In this document: positions 1-56,719 of the stretch, in pieces | Layout: the number at the start of each line of letters is the position of its first letter | How positions within the stretch are numbered: the stretch's first letter is position 1 | Source: the human T2T-CHM13v2.0 reference genome, Homo sapiens | NCBI RefSeq assembly: GCF_009914755.1 | Contig: NC_060933.1 | DNA: 64,000 nucleotides | Direction: 5' to 3' (one strand) | Made by a program: the position numbers and the translations under genes | Notes under the pieces: model-generated | What the model saw: only the letters and a program-made list of their open reading frames with translations | What the model was told of the DNA's origin: nothing | Database searches by the model: none

Positions 1-560
1 CCCGGACTTGGGGGAGTCCGTCAGTGCCGGACGCGGGTCCCTGGCTTGCGGACGGGCTGGGGCCGGGGGCGTCCCCGTCTTTCCGGAGCTGGGGGCGGGG
101 TTCGGGCCCGGGCAGATGCGGCGTTCGGGCGGCCGAGCCCCGAAGTAAGAACTCCGTGGCGCGTGCAGCCCTAGGGAGGAAGGGCGTGCTGCGGGTGCAG
201 TCTCAGGGTGAGGACGGAGCTGGGGCCGACGCAGCCTCGGGAGTTGGTGGACGGGACAGGTGCGGCCTGTGGGGAAGAAGGGCCGGCCAGGGAGATGCGG
301 TCTGCAAGGGGAGAGGAGGCACTCCCAGGACAGATGGGACCTTTTGGGACGAAGGCGCTCAAGGCAGATGCAGCTCAGGGAGGGAAGGGCGCGTCCAGGG
401 TAGATGGGGCCTGAGGAGACCAGCGGGGCGCCAACGGCCAGATGCGGCTTTGGTGTGAGACAGGGTGTCCCAGGCCTGATGCAGCCTCAAGAGAAGCGGA
501 GCTCAAGGGAAGATGAAGCCTGGAGGAGAACGTGGGGGCGCAGGGTGCAAATGCACCCTC
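1..560. promoter_or_regulatory. GC/CpG-rich 3' part of the POMT1 5' CpG island (probably intron 1; non-coding exon 1 likely lies upstream of the window)
   Basis: Dense CpG in 1-300, ~1 kb upstream of the first coding exon, which begins at an acceptor (ttttctAG, 1081-1082). Confidence 0.6.
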
Positions 561-1112
561 CAGGCGAGAAAGGGAGCACCCGGGGATGATGTGCCGCTGG
601 GATAGAAGGCAGGGAGGCACTGGGGGCAGATGCATCCTTGAGGAGAGATGAGGAGGCCCCGAGGCTCGGCCAGGTTGGGGTCCCTGGGCTGTAAGCAGCT
701 GAGATGGCACCCAGGAGCTGCCCAGGGTCAGGTAGCTGTGGCCGCACTGTGGGCTTCTGGTCGTCGGGGAGGGAGGGGAGAAACCCTGGCGTTCCTTAGC
801 AGTGTTCTCGCGCCCAAGACGTGCTCGGCAGGTTTTGTGGAATGAGTTGTTGAAAGGAGTGAATGTCCAGTCCTGAGATCCCCTGAATTCCCACCCGAGT
901 TCACTGCTAGTGCCCCTCACCCCACATGTCTACCTGAACCAAGGCTCCAGGAACTTCGGTCTTTCTCAGCAGCCCGGCTGTGCTGTGGTTCTCCTCGTGT
1001 GTCCGGGAGCCGGGTGGCTGGGGATCCCTTCTGTAGCCTCTCGTGAGCCCTCATGGACCACGGCTCCTCCCTTCTTTTCTAGGGCGTCTGCCTGAGCCCG
1101 CTTTTCTACAAG

Positions 1113-20068
<18,956 letters not shown>

Positions 20069-20272
20069 AACAAGAGTGTGGCAAAGAACACCCGTGCTGG
20101 GGTCGGGACGAGGTTGAAGGGTCTTGGTCAATGTACGTAATGAGCAGGGTGGGCCCCACGCTGGGAGGACACGGGCTGGGCTGAGCAGGGCCTCTAGTGG
20201 AACACATGGGGGTCTCATTGAAAAGCTCTCTGATGAGCACCTCCTTTTGTGCAAAGTTAATTTTTTCTCGAC

Positions 20273-20278
20273 AATAAA
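20273..20278 (+). terminator. POMT1 proximal poly(A) signal AATAAA
   Basis: Canonical hexamer ~205 nt after the stop codon. Confidence 0.65.
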
Positions 20279-20739
20279 GATATTCCGTGTCTTCACCCCT
20301 GAACTAAGACACAGGGAGTATTTCAGAGGCCAGCGTAGGAGTCATCGACAACGAAAAGCCGAGAACCCAGGGCCAGCAGTGGAGCCTCAGCAGACCAGGG
20401 CCTGGTCCTTGCTAATTGCTGCAGGGTGGAGTTTGATCTGGCAGACCCGATCCTCCTTCATGAACACCCAGCAACCTGAGCAAGTCCCGGCCCTGCCCTC
20501 AGCGAGCCCGGCAGGCGTCCCGGGACAGCTCAGTGTTGGAGGGCCACCTGAACCACGAGCCAGGGCTGGGGCTTGCATGTCATTGTCTATGACAGCGTCA
20601 AGACTGGCCCTTGGCACCGTGCTGTGTGGAAACCCTCCCCTCTGAGACTCCACTGAGACGTGGCTGAGTGAAATCTTCCTCGTCAGTGGTCAAGGTGTGT
20701 CATCCATACAGCTCCATGCCTTTGTCTTTTTTAAATGTA

Positions 20740-20745
20740 ATTAAA
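20740..20745 (+). terminator. POMT1 distal poly(A) signal ATTAAA
   Basis: Preceded by U-rich sequence and TGTA, followed by GU-rich element gtttgtagttggtgtttgtt. Confidence 0.75.
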
Positions 20746-20782
20746 AAAGGAACCAACTGGCGTTTGTAGTTGGTGTTTGTTA

Positions 20783-20788
20783 TTTATT
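20783..20788 (-). terminator. UCK1 poly(A) signal AATAAA
   Basis: TTTATT on +, ~1.2 kb past the UCK1 stop; GU/U-rich downstream element on the minus strand. Confidence 0.8.
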
Positions 20789-22001
20789 GATTCTCCCTCC
20801 AAAGGGGCCTAAGCTCGACAAAACCGTTACAGTTGTCAGAACCCAGCCACAGGGCTCAGCCCCCTTCCCCCACGTCACGTCTGCATCACTACTGTGGGTG
20901 AGCCTGGACGGACGGGGGCTGGGGCTGCCCGTGGCAGCGGCAAGGGATGCTTTCCAGAGACAGCCACCACGCAGGAGGGAGGATCACCCCAGGCAACCCA
21001 GACACGGGTGTTCACATGTGAGGCTGTGAGCTCCACATAGCACAAAGGAGGCTTGCTGACTTTGGGCGGCCATGTCTGCTGGGACCTGGGTGATCCAGTG
21101 CGTGCCACAGCCAGAAGCACCATTCCCTGCATATGGCCACTAGCCACCCTGGGGTGGGACAGCCTGTCTAGACAGACAGCACCTTGGGGGCTCCCCTGAG
21201 GGTCAGTGAGGGCCTGACCCCAGGCAGGACTGCGTGGACGCTGTTCTCCAGCCGGGACAGACCTGGCCTCCGCTGCCTTCTGCCCTACTGCATGGGCTCC
21301 CAGCCTGGCCCCGCACAAGCCTGGGTGTGATGCTGGGTGCTTCCAGGGCATCCGCCTCGCTTCTCTGCCTTTAAGGCACAAGCAAGGGGGGAAAACATCC
21401 CTCAGTGGCTCCCCATATCCGTGTAGGCCACGCTGGACTGCAAACCACTGGGTCATGAAATTAGGTTTGTAGGCCACAACCAGCCTTGTGTTATGAAACA
21501 GAAAACAGAAAACATGAGGACATGTAACATGTAAAAAAGGAAAGTACTTGTTCACAAAACTTTTGAGTTATGTGTGTGAGTGTGTAAGAACCAGATCAGA
21601 CTGGAAAAAACTCTCTCCCACTGTGGGTTCACTGTCAACAAAACATCAGGCCAGCCAGTGTCTAGGCTGTCTCCTCAATTTCCCCAATAATGTGCCTCAC
21701 ATTCCTCACAGAAGCCTCCCAGGCTTCCTGCACATTCTGTGGCATTTCTCAGTGACCTAGAGGGATCTTTAAACCGCAACGAGCCTAAGTGGCTGAAAAC
21801 CTCAGGAACGCCTGTCAGTGTCCCAGCAAGTTGAGTCTGAGTGACACATCTGAGTTTCCACTCCTGAGTGAGGAAGGCCTCGCTGCTAACACTCCCCTGG
21901 GGTGCGCCGAGAGGAAGCAGTGGGTGTGGGTGGGCGTCCCCAGGCTCAGTCCCTGAACACACATGCCGGGCGGGAGACCTGCCCTGAGGCTCGGCAGCCC
22001 C

Positions 22002-28136
<6,135 letters not shown>

Positions 28137-28819
28137 CTCGGCCTCCGCTCCCGCGCATCGGGTCCCCGCGCCCGCCCCTTCCCCAGGCCCGGCGCGCCCG
28201 CCCAGCGCCGAGGTCGGAGGCGACTGGAGCGATCACTTCCGGGAGGCGCGCGGGGCACGCCGGGAGTTGTAGTCCACCGGGGGGGGGCGCGCATGCGTGA
28301 GGGTGCAGGGCCCGAGGCCGGCACACCAGGAGCGCCCGCGTCCCATTGCGCCGAAAGCTGGCTGGCAGGGACTGCTGCGCCCGGGCCTCGAGCCGGCTAC
28401 AAGGTCTCAGACTCAAGTGGCCCGGAAGGTGCCCGTTCCGCACCCCGAGGCTGGGGCTGCGCCTTCGTCCGAGTGCTTGCCTCTGCCTCGCGCTGCCTCT
28501 GCGCCAGTCCCGGGCCCTCCCCCGGCCGCCCCCGGGCCTGGCCCCCTCCAGCCCAGGCTCCTCTTGGCCATCGAGGCCTCCGGACTGTCCGGACGCCTCC
28601 CACCCCACCCGCTGCTGGAGCCGTCGGGGCGCCCCGGAACGTGGCGGGGGCTGTTGCCTGATGACTTTAGGCTCGCGCCTACAGCGCGCCAAGGAGGCAG
28701 AGGCCCATGTGCCGGGTTCCATCCCTGCCGCCCCCCCGCTCCGTGCCTGGCACAGAGAACGTGACAGGCAAATTCTGATCCATTGAAATTATGGATTTCC
28801 AGCCGGGCGCGGTGGCTCA

Positions 28820-29215
<396 letters not shown>

Positions 29216-29249
29216 TCACGAGGTCAGGAGATCGAGACCATCCTGGCTA

Positions 29250-29860
<611 letters not shown>

Positions 29861-30908
29861 CTAGCAAACAGCCACGCTGCTGGCTTAGATCTGTCCAGGT
29901 GTGTGTCCCAAAGGTGGCCATCCCCCAAGCCAGCTTTGAATTTGTATCAAGGGAGAGTTAGACACGGTTTCTTGCCATTTCTTCCCCTGTGGTCCAGCCA
30001 CGTAGTGAAAGGCAGGGAAACTAGCAGAGTCTGACCAGGGGCTGTCCCTGATACCCCTGGCCTGGGTCTCGTGTGCCCTCTCTGGTGACTGGCCACAAGG
30101 CATGGGCTGCCAGGGCCAGTCAGGCTATTGCGTGGTTCCGCTCCCAAGGCAAAGGGACGCTTTGGGAAGGAGCCACTCCCTGGGAGCAGGCCCAGCACCC
30201 AGGAAGCCCACAGTCCAGTAAACAAGGCCCGGGCCCACACGGCTCAGGCCTCTGGGCCACAGTGGCTCCCCTATGGGACCATCCCAACCACCACCAAGCA
30301 GAGGGCCAGCCCCAAACCTCTAGCTGGTCCCCAACTCCCCATATTGTGAAGAAGAGTGACTTTTATGGGTTTTTTTTGTTCGTTTTGAGACGGAATCTTG
30401 CTCTGTTGCCCAGGCTGGAGTGCAGTGGCATAATCTTGGCTTACCGCAACCTCCGCCTCCCGAGTTCAAGCAATTATCCTGCCTCAGCCTCCCCGAGTAG
30501 CTGGGACTACAGGCACCTGCCACCAGGCCCGACTAATTTTTGTATTTTTAGTATAGAGACACGGTTTTGCCATGTTGCCCAGGCTGGTCTCGAACTCCTA
30601 TTCACCTGCCTCAGCCTCCCAAAGTGCTGGGATTACAGGTGTGAGCCGCTGTGCCCAGCCGAAGAGTGTCCTTAAAGAAGCATGAGTCAGCCGGGTGCAG
30701 TGGTTCACGCCTGTAATCCCAGCACTCTGGGAGGCCGAGGCAGGCGGATCACTTGAGGTCAGGAGTTCGAGACCAGCCTGGCCAACATGGTGAAACTCCA
30801 TCTCTACTAAAAATACAAAAATTGGCCGGGCACGGTGGCTCACGCCTGTAATCCCGGCACTCTGGGAGGCTGAGGCAGGCGACTCACGAGGTCAGGAGTT
30901 CAAGACTA

Positions 30909-31564
<656 letters not shown>

Positions 31565-32050
31565 TCATTCTCTTACCTGCTCTCTGGTGCGGGATGTTGA
31601 AAATCGGGGAGGCTGTGCATGTGGGGGAGTGGGGAGTATATAGGAAATCTCTGCACCTTCTGCTCAATTTTTCTGTGAATCTAAAACTGCTCCCCCTGCC
31701 CCCTCAAACACATGCAGTACAGGAAACACCGCTCTCCATGGCTGCCCTCCTCCCTCCTCCTTCAAGCCACCCTAACCACTACAAAAATGTCAGCTCATGC
31801 CAAGCATGTCCTGAAGCTTTTATTGAACACTAGCTGGCTCTCAGCGCTTAAAGAGATAAGCAGGTGCCTGCTGTTTTAAGTATTGATTGCCCTTTTCCCT
31901 GTAATCATAAAAGTGACTCCTGCTGATTGCAGAAAATGTATACACACAAACACACAACCAAAACTAGAACCACCCCTTACTCCTCACCCAGGGAAAAGCA
32001 TGGTTTTGAGTTCTGGGGTGTGCCCTTCTGGTCTGACATGGCTGTTCTAG

Positions 32051-32221
<171 letters not shown>

Positions 32222-33013
32222 TGAATAGCTGGGATTACAGGCGCCTGCCACCACGCCCGGCTAATATTGTATTTTTAGTAGAGATGGGGTTTCACCATGT
32301 TGGCCAGGCTGGTCTCAAACTCCTGACCCTCAGGTGATCCTCCTGCCTCGGCTTCCCAGAGTGCTAGGATTACAGGCCTGAGCCACCGTGCCCGGCCAGT
32401 TGCATATCTTAAATAGCATTAAAGCCTCACAGCCACCCTGCGATATGGGTACCATTGTGATACCATTTTCCTGATGGGTAAATTGAGAAACAGAGTGATT
32501 ATGTGGCTTGCCCAAGGCTTGCAGCTGCAAGAGACCTCCGTCAAGTTGGCTGAGACAGCAGGTGTAGGAAGCCAACGCACATATTCACACATACACACTC
32601 GACACACACACAGAACTGCACCATCTCCCTGCTCAAAGACAAGACGGGGAAACATGACAGCCAGGCTCTTGGAATGAAGAAGGTCCCATAGCCAGTGGTT
32701 TGAAGCTGAGTTGCCTATAAAGGGTCCAGGACCAGGTATGTCTTAGGGGTGGGAGTCAAAGCCGCAGCTTCACACACAGCAGGAGGTTCTGGAACTGGCC
32801 CTCTGCAGACAGCTGGAGCCCAAGATGAGTTGCCCTTTTGTGAAACTAGAGAAACCAGTGCAGCACTCGAACTCTGGGTAAACGGAGTCATATCTAAGAA
32901 TGTGGAGTCGGGGGCCTGCGCTACACCTGGGCCACCCACATGGGACAGAAACTCCAAGCTAACAAACTGACATAAAAATGGTTCAGACCAGGCATGGTGG
33001 CGCACACCTGTAA

Positions 33014-33330
<317 letters not shown>

Positions 33331-33867
33331 TGATCTGCCCACCTCGGCCTCCCAAAGTGGTGGGATTACAGGTGTGAGCTACCGTGCCTGGCCAGCAAAA
33401 CAAAACAAAACAAAAAACAAACAAACAAACAAAAAACCAGCTAGGTGTGGTGGTGGTGGCACATACTTATAGTCCCAGTTACTAGGGAGGCTGAGGTGGG
33501 AGGGTTGCTCAAGCCCAGGAGTTCAAGGCTGCAGTGAGCTATGATGGCATCACTGCACTCCAACCTGGGTGACAGAGACTCTGTCTTAAGAAAAGAAAAA
33601 TAGGCCAGCCACAACTGGTGCACACATAGGAACCCCTCACAGAGACAAATGCGAAACTCTGATATTCCAGGGCACCAACATGGCACGTGCAGGATGCTTT
33701 TAGAAGACAATGCCTGCTGAAGATGAACTCACAGACAAAAATTACAAAGAGGGGGAAATCTGCCCCCTTGTAGAACAGTCAACAGGTGTCGACTAGTGAT
33801 GAAATCACATCTGAGAAGATACAAATGATTCCATTTGAAAAGGACTTAAAAATAAGTCTGTTGGTCA

Positions 33868-34218
<351 letters not shown>

Positions 34219-34347
34219 CTATTAAAGTGTTTGAAGACCTGACAGCTAAATGCAACACGTAATCCTAGGATAGCAACAAATATGCTAGGAAAGAAAAGAC
34301 ATTCTTGAGTAATTTGACAAAATGGTAATACAGACAGTAGATTAGAG

Positions 34348-34878
34348 CAGTGGTCCCCAGGCTTTTTGGCACCAGGGACATGGAAGACAACTTTTCCACA
34401 GACTGGGTAGGGGGTGGGGGTGGGGGTGGGGGGCGGTTCTGGGATGATTCAAGTGTATTACATTTATTGTGCACTTTATTTATGTTATGATTACATTGGC
34501 ATATATAATGAAATAATTATACAACTCACCTTGATGTAGAATCAGTGAGAGCCCTGAGTTTGTTTTCCTGCAACTGGGTGGTCCCATCTGGGGGTGATGA
34601 GAGACAATGACAGATCATCAGGCATTAGATTTTCTTAAGGAGCACGCAAGCCAGATCCGTCACATGCGCAGTTCACAACAGGGTTCACGGTCCTGTGAGA
34701 ATCTAATGCTGCTGCTGAACTGCACATGTATTTATAGGAGACAGAGCTCGGGCAGTAACATGAGTGATGGGGACCTGCTGTAAATACAGGCAAAGCTTCA
34801 CTCTCTTGCCCGCCACTCACCGCCTGCTATGCAGACCAGGGTTCGGGTCCGTGGCATCTAAAGGGTTGGCGACCCTTG
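34348..34878. mobile_element. MER1A hAT-Charlie non-autonomous DNA transposon
   Basis: Termini CAGTGGTCCCC.../...GGCGACCCTTG, ~530 bp, exact 8-bp TSD GATTAGAG at 34340-34347 and 34879-34886. Confidence 0.9.
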
Positions 34879-35169
34879 GATTAGAGTGTATCTTATTGCA
34901 CCAGTGTTCACGTCACTGAATTCGATAACCGTGCTGAGGTTATGTAAGAAAATATCCTTATTTTTAGGAAATGCACACAGTTATTTAGCGGTAAATCACC
35001 ATGATATATGCTATTTATTCTCAAATATTCAGAAAAAAATTAAGTATATGTGCACGCATGTGTGCGTCTGTGTCTGTGTATGAACAGAGAGCATACAAAT
35101 ACCAAGCAAAGAGTGCAAAATGTGAGCCGCTGAGGGGTCTGTGCAAGGGCTACGGGGCGATGATAAGTC

Positions 35170-36441
<1,272 letters not shown>

Positions 36442-37102
36442 ACCAGGTGACATGGCTCTTCTTTCTACTATTCTTGCAACTTTTTCTATGAGTTTGAAAT
36501 AATTAATAGAAGCCATTTGAGGAGAAAGCAAAGCAAAAAAACATTAAAGTTGTAGATTTTCATTTTATTTCTATATTTATTTTATGTTTTTAGAGACAGG
36601 ATCTTGCCCTGTCACCCAGGCTGGAGTGCAGTGGCACGATCATAGCTCATTGCTAACCTCAATTTCCTGGGCTCAAGTGATCCTCCTGCCTCAGCTTCCT
36701 GAGTATCTGAGACCGCAGGTGGGTGCCACCACACCTGGCTCATTTTTAAATTTACTTTAGAGAAAGGGCCTTTCTATGTTGCCCAGGCTGGTCTTGAACT
36801 CCTGGCCTCAAGCAATCCTCCTGCCTCAGCCTCCCAAGTTGCTGGGATTAAAAATGTTAGCCACTGTGTCTGGCAAAAATTGTAGACTTTTTTAAAGAAC
36901 CAAGTGAAAATTCTAATCATAAAAAATAAAGACATCAAAATGTTTTGTAGGGGCCTGTTGCAGTGGCTCATGCCTGTAATCCCAGGACTTTAGGAGGCTA
37001 GGCAGGCGGATCACTTGGGGCCAGGAGTTAAAGAGTAGGCTGGCCAGCCAGGCACTCATGCTTATAATCCCAGCACTTTGGGAGTCTGAGGCAGGCGGAT
37101 CA

Positions 37103-37411
<309 letters not shown>

Positions 37412-38067
37412 TCACTGCAGCCCAGGAGTCAAGACCAGCCTGGGTAACATAGGCACCAAGCCCATCTCTAGTTATTCCTGGTGGTGCTCACCTTGACCAC
37501 CTGGCTCCAGTGCCGTCGGCCAGGATTCTTGGCTGTAAACTCTCGGATTCACACGAGTGCTGAATTCTGCACATGTGTGGTCCTGAAAGTGAGTAACCCT
37601 TACATTTTGCATCTCAGGACCTCACTGGCCTCACCATAGCCCTAGTCATGCTCTTTTCTATTTGTTCTATCTGTGCTTGAATTGATGTTTCCTCTTTTTC
37701 TAATTCCTCATGGGTTAATTGAAAATTGTTTATGGTTCCATTTATCTCCTCTATTACATTATTGTTGAGATCTTTTCAATAAAAATCTAGTGATTGCCCT
37801 AGGGTTTATGACATATGTATTTAATTAATCTGTTTATCTTCAAATAATGTTATATTGCTGGTGCATAGTGTAATAGCTTTACAGCAGTGCAGCGCCAACC
37901 CCTCCCATCACTTGTTCTATTGTGTCACATAATTAATGAATTAATTAATTTTTTGAACAGGGTCCCACTCTGTCTCCCAGGCTGGAATGCAGTGGCTCAA
38001 TGCGATCTCAGCTCACTGCAGCCTCTGCCTCCCATGCTCAGGTGATCCTCCTACCTCAGCCTCCTAA

Positions 38068-38235
<168 letters not shown>

Positions 38236-38275
38236 TAGCCTGATTTATTTTTTAGTATGCTATAAACACAAATAA

Positions 38276-38642
<367 letters not shown>

Positions 38643-38645
38643 TGA

Positions 38646-38901
<256 letters not shown>

Positions 38902-39174
38902 TAGCCAGGATGGTCTTGATCTCTTGACCTCGTGATCCGCCCACCTCTGCCTCCCAAACTGCTGGGATTACAGGCGTGAGCCACCGCACCCGGCCTATTT
39001 TTCTTTTTAAAAAAGAATTGTAATAGACTTTATCTTTTTAGAGCAGTTTTAGGTTCACAGAAAAATTGAACTGAAGGTGCAAAGATTTTCCCATATACTC
39101 CCTACCCTCACATTCACAGTCTCCCTCATTTTCAACACCCCACACCAGAGTGGTACATTTGTTGCAATCAGTGA

Positions 39175-39613
<439 letters not shown>

Positions 39614-40837
39614 TAAAAATCCTTTCTGCTATTCATCTCTTCCTCTCCCTAACCACTGTTCACCATTGATCTTCCATAGTTTTCCTTTTTCCAGAACATC
39701 ATCTAGTTGAAATCATACAATATGTAGCCTTTTCAGATTGGCTTCTTTCACTTAGCAATATTCATTTAAGGTCCTTTCATGTCTTTTCATGGCTTGATAT
39801 TGCAAATTTAAAATGTTTTTGTTTTATTTTTAAAGAGGTTTTTTTTTTTGAGACGGAGTCTTGCTGTCGCCCAGGCTGGAGTGCAGTGGCGCGATCTCGG
39901 CTCACTGCAGGCTCCACCCCCAGGGGATCACGCCATTCTCCTGCCTCAGCCTCCCGCATAGCTGGGATTACAGGCGCCCGCCACCTCGCCTGGCTAATTT
40001 TTTGTATTTTTAGTAGAGATGGGGTTTCACCGTGTTAGCCAGGATGGTCTCGATCTCCTGACCTCATGATCCACCCGCCTCGGCCTCCCAAAGTGCTGGG
40101 ATTACAGGCGTGAGCCACCGCACCCGGCCTAAAGAGGTTTTTTTAAATCTTGTTTTTTAATGAATTTTTACTGGGTATAGAATTCTGAGTTGACAGTTTT
40201 TTTTTTGTTTTTGTTTTTTCGTCAGTTCAAATACATCACTCATTGTATTCTGGCTAGCATAGTTTCAAACGAGATGTCTGCTGTAATTCTTCTCTTTTTC
40301 CTTTTTCTTTCTTTTGTTTTTGAGACACAGTCTTGCTCTGTCACCCAGGCCGGAGTGTAGTGGTGTGATAACAGTTCACTGCAGCCTTGACTTCCCCAGT
40401 TCAAGTAATCTTCCCACCTCAGCCTCCTGCCTAGCTGGGACCCACAGGCACACCACCACATCTGGCTAATTTTTTTTTTTTTTAACTTTTTGTAGAGATG
40501 TGGTCTCACTATGTGGTCCAGGCTGGTCTTGAACTCCTGGACTCAAGCAATTATCTTGCCTCAGCCTCCCAAAGTGCTGAGATTGCTATGTTGATGGTTG
40601 TGCCATCACACTTGGCCTCAATATTTCCATTGATAATTCCATTTCACTCTGATTCTTGACCTGGTGGATAAAACTGACTGTTTCCTATGGACATTTACAG
40701 AATCTTTCTTTGCTGCTAGAATCTTGCAATTTCACAATCACGTCCCTTTGGAGGGTATTCTCCCCAGTATGTTGGGCCCTCAGTGACCTCTTTCCATCTG
40801 AACACTTGTGTCCTTTAGTTCTGGGAAATTTTCTTGA

Positions 40838-41056
<219 letters not shown>

Positions 41057-41945
41057 TGATCTTGAACTCTTGGGCTCAAGCAATACACCCACCTTGGCCT
41101 CCCAAAGTACTGAGATTACAGGCGTGAGCCACCATGCTGGGCCTCTTGTCAGCTTGGATGGGGGTCATGTCCCACCAGAGTAGTTTTACATTTGCTTTGG
41201 ACCAGAGCTCTTTCCTAGAGCCAATTTTGTTTTAATGACAATTTTAGTGTAGGGGCATCTAGACTAGCAGATAGGCTGAATTTGAAGCCCATATTCATGT
41301 GAGGAACAGGCCCAGGGCTACAACTCCCAGGAAGATTTTTATTTCCAGAATCCAGGCTGGGTCACACCAGCTTCCTTGTCACCCTTTTGGGCCACAGGCA
41401 GATTTTGTTTTCTGTTCATTTCTCTTCATCCCAACTCCCTGCTTCCCAGACCCAAGGCTTCACCTCCTGTCCACATCTGGATGGAAAAATCAAGCCCTAG
41501 ACTCTGAGACCAAAGCCCCCAGGGCTGCTGCATACTTCCTGGGCATATCTGTCCCTCCCTCTTCATTGCTGGTCCCTGAGGATTCTCTTGGCTATGTGGG
41601 AGCTCAGCTATGAACATACAAGGCTGCCTGGCATGCTGGTGTCCTGTCTCTAGCATTTCCACGTGGTTGGATTGGGACCTGCCTCAGATTCTCCAGTCTG
41701 GCACATTTCAGAGAATAGAAGTCCCACACAAATGATTTTTAAAAGTCAAGATATTTCGTCCGGGAGCAGTGGCTCACGCCTGTAATTCCGGCACTTTGGG
41801 AGGCCAAGGCGGGCGGATCACGAGGTCAGGAGATCGAGACCATCCTGGATAACATGGTGAAACCCTGTCTCTACTAAAAATACAAAAAAAAAAAAAAAAA
41901 AAAAAAATTAGCCAGGTGTGGTGGCGGGGCCTGTGATCCCAGTTA

Positions 41946-42053
<108 letters not shown>

Positions 42054-42575
42054 TTAAAACAAAACAAAAACAGAAAAGAGAGATTTCACATAAAAACCTA
42101 CGTTTCTGGCTTCTGTTGCTGGAAAATTAAAAGAAAGCTAGAGACACCATGACTCTCGTCTGTGCAGCTCACATCCGTCCGGCTGTGGTGTCCAGTTGCC
42201 CAGGTCCCCACCACTCCTCTTTGTCTCATGCTGACTCGCTGGCCTTGCGGGCACTCTCGTGTGCCACCCTGCCTTCTCTAGTCCGGCGTGGCTGACTCGC
42301 CCTCCTACCCCAACCCCTCCAGCCCTGCACAGCGCCGCGGAGTCTCCACCGAGCCCGTCCTACCCAGGCAGGCAGGGAGGCAGGTCCGGCCGAGCGCAGG
42401 GCGCCAGGGAGCGACTGTTGTTGACCCAGCCTTGGGCAAACAAGGCGGTCAATTATTAACCGGCCGCACGGCAGGCACCAGGAAACCTGAGCCCGCGGCG
42501 CAAGCGGAGCCGGCCCGACGGCAGGCGCCGGGCCAGGGAGCCGCGCAGCCCTTGCAGCCGCCGCGGGCTCGGACC

Positions 42576-55178
<12,603 letters not shown>

Positions 55179-56719
55179 GGCTGTGGCTCCTGCGGAGATG
55201 CCGGATGCCGGAATGTCCACGGAAAACTGGCCGGGCCAGACCCTTTCTCTGGACTCAGATCCCTGCCGGTGGCCAGCTCTTGCCTGCAGAGGGAATCTGG
55301 GGGCCAGAAGAGGGCAGGCTTGGCAGCCCTCAACTGACTTGTGGCTGGGCCTCAGCCTCCTCAGCCTCCACAGGTGGCCCACTGGAGCCTCAGTCAGTGT
55401 CCTAATCCAAGGTGTCTCCAGAGCCCGGCCCCAGCCGTGGGACAGGAGCCCACCAGAGCCCCATTTCCCAGGAGCCTCCTCTCAAGGCCTTCCTGGGACT
55501 CCTCTTGCCTTCATCTGTGCTCTTGGGAGGCCATCGTAGGGACCAAAGCCTTCTCTGTCTTCAGAGCCATCTGGAAGGACACTGCAACCTCCGCCCCCCG
55601 CCCAACCTCCAGCCCAGCTTAGGCGATCAGGATGCCAGTATTACCTTTCCCTGCGGGAGAGTGGAGCATGGTGACTTCTGGCTGGTTGTTCCCCTATCCC
55701 TTCCCCATCCCAGGAGACAGGGTCCCTCATGCTGACCCTACATCCAGAAACCAGGGCCACTCTGTCTGGTCAATCAACAGAAAGTGACACATCCGTGCGG
55801 AGCTTCACACTGCTACTTTGGGGACACTTCCTGGCTCTCTTCCAGGGCCAATGGCAACATCTGTCCACAGTTGGGCTCCAGGGCACCCTACCCACTCCTC
55901 TCTGAGATGCTGTTGGCATAGAGGCAGTGCTGGCAAGAACTACCCAATGACAGAGGATCAGCTGGGTGCTCGTTTGATGAGGACCGCCCTGACTGGGGAG
56001 CACTTGCACCAAGATCCCTCGGCCAGCCTGTAGAACCGTACCTATGACTCTGGCATCAGATTCCTGGCACCCCAGTCCCACTAGCTGTGGTCCCAAGAAT
56101 GAACCTGCATTTTAACAAGATTCAAAACCATTGCAGAGGCCAGGCGAGGTGGCTCACACCTGTAATCCCAGCAGTTTGGGAGGCCGAGGTGGGTGGATCA
56201 CCTGAGGTCAGGAGTTCAAGACCAACCTGGCCAACATGGCGAAGTCCTGTCTCTACTAAAAATACAAAAATTAGCCGAGTGTAGTGGCAGGCGCCTGTAA
56301 TCCTAGCTACTCGGGAGGCTGAGGCAGGAGAATTGCTTGAATCCGGGAGGCAGAAGTTGCAGTGAGCTGATTGTGCCACTGCACTCCAGCCTGGGTGACA
56401 GAGTGAGACTCTGCCTCAAAAACAAACAACCATTGCAGACAGAGGAGGAAGGGGACCCCCAGCTGAGCCACACAATATTGATAGCTCAAGCTAAATCAGT
56501 TGGTTTCAGAGCAGCCTCGGTGTGCTGCTTACAACCCTGGCACCAGGGGCTGAAACAGGAGAATGGCCCAGCCCAGCCCAGTCCCTCCTCCAGAAAGCTG
56601 GAGAGGCAGGCATGAGGAAGTAAGTCATGAGCAGCCTGGAGACTCTGTGGATTTTTGTTCAGTAAGCAGGGCCTGAGGTTCTGCATTTCTAATAAGCTTC
56701 CCAGTGATGCTGAAGCTGG

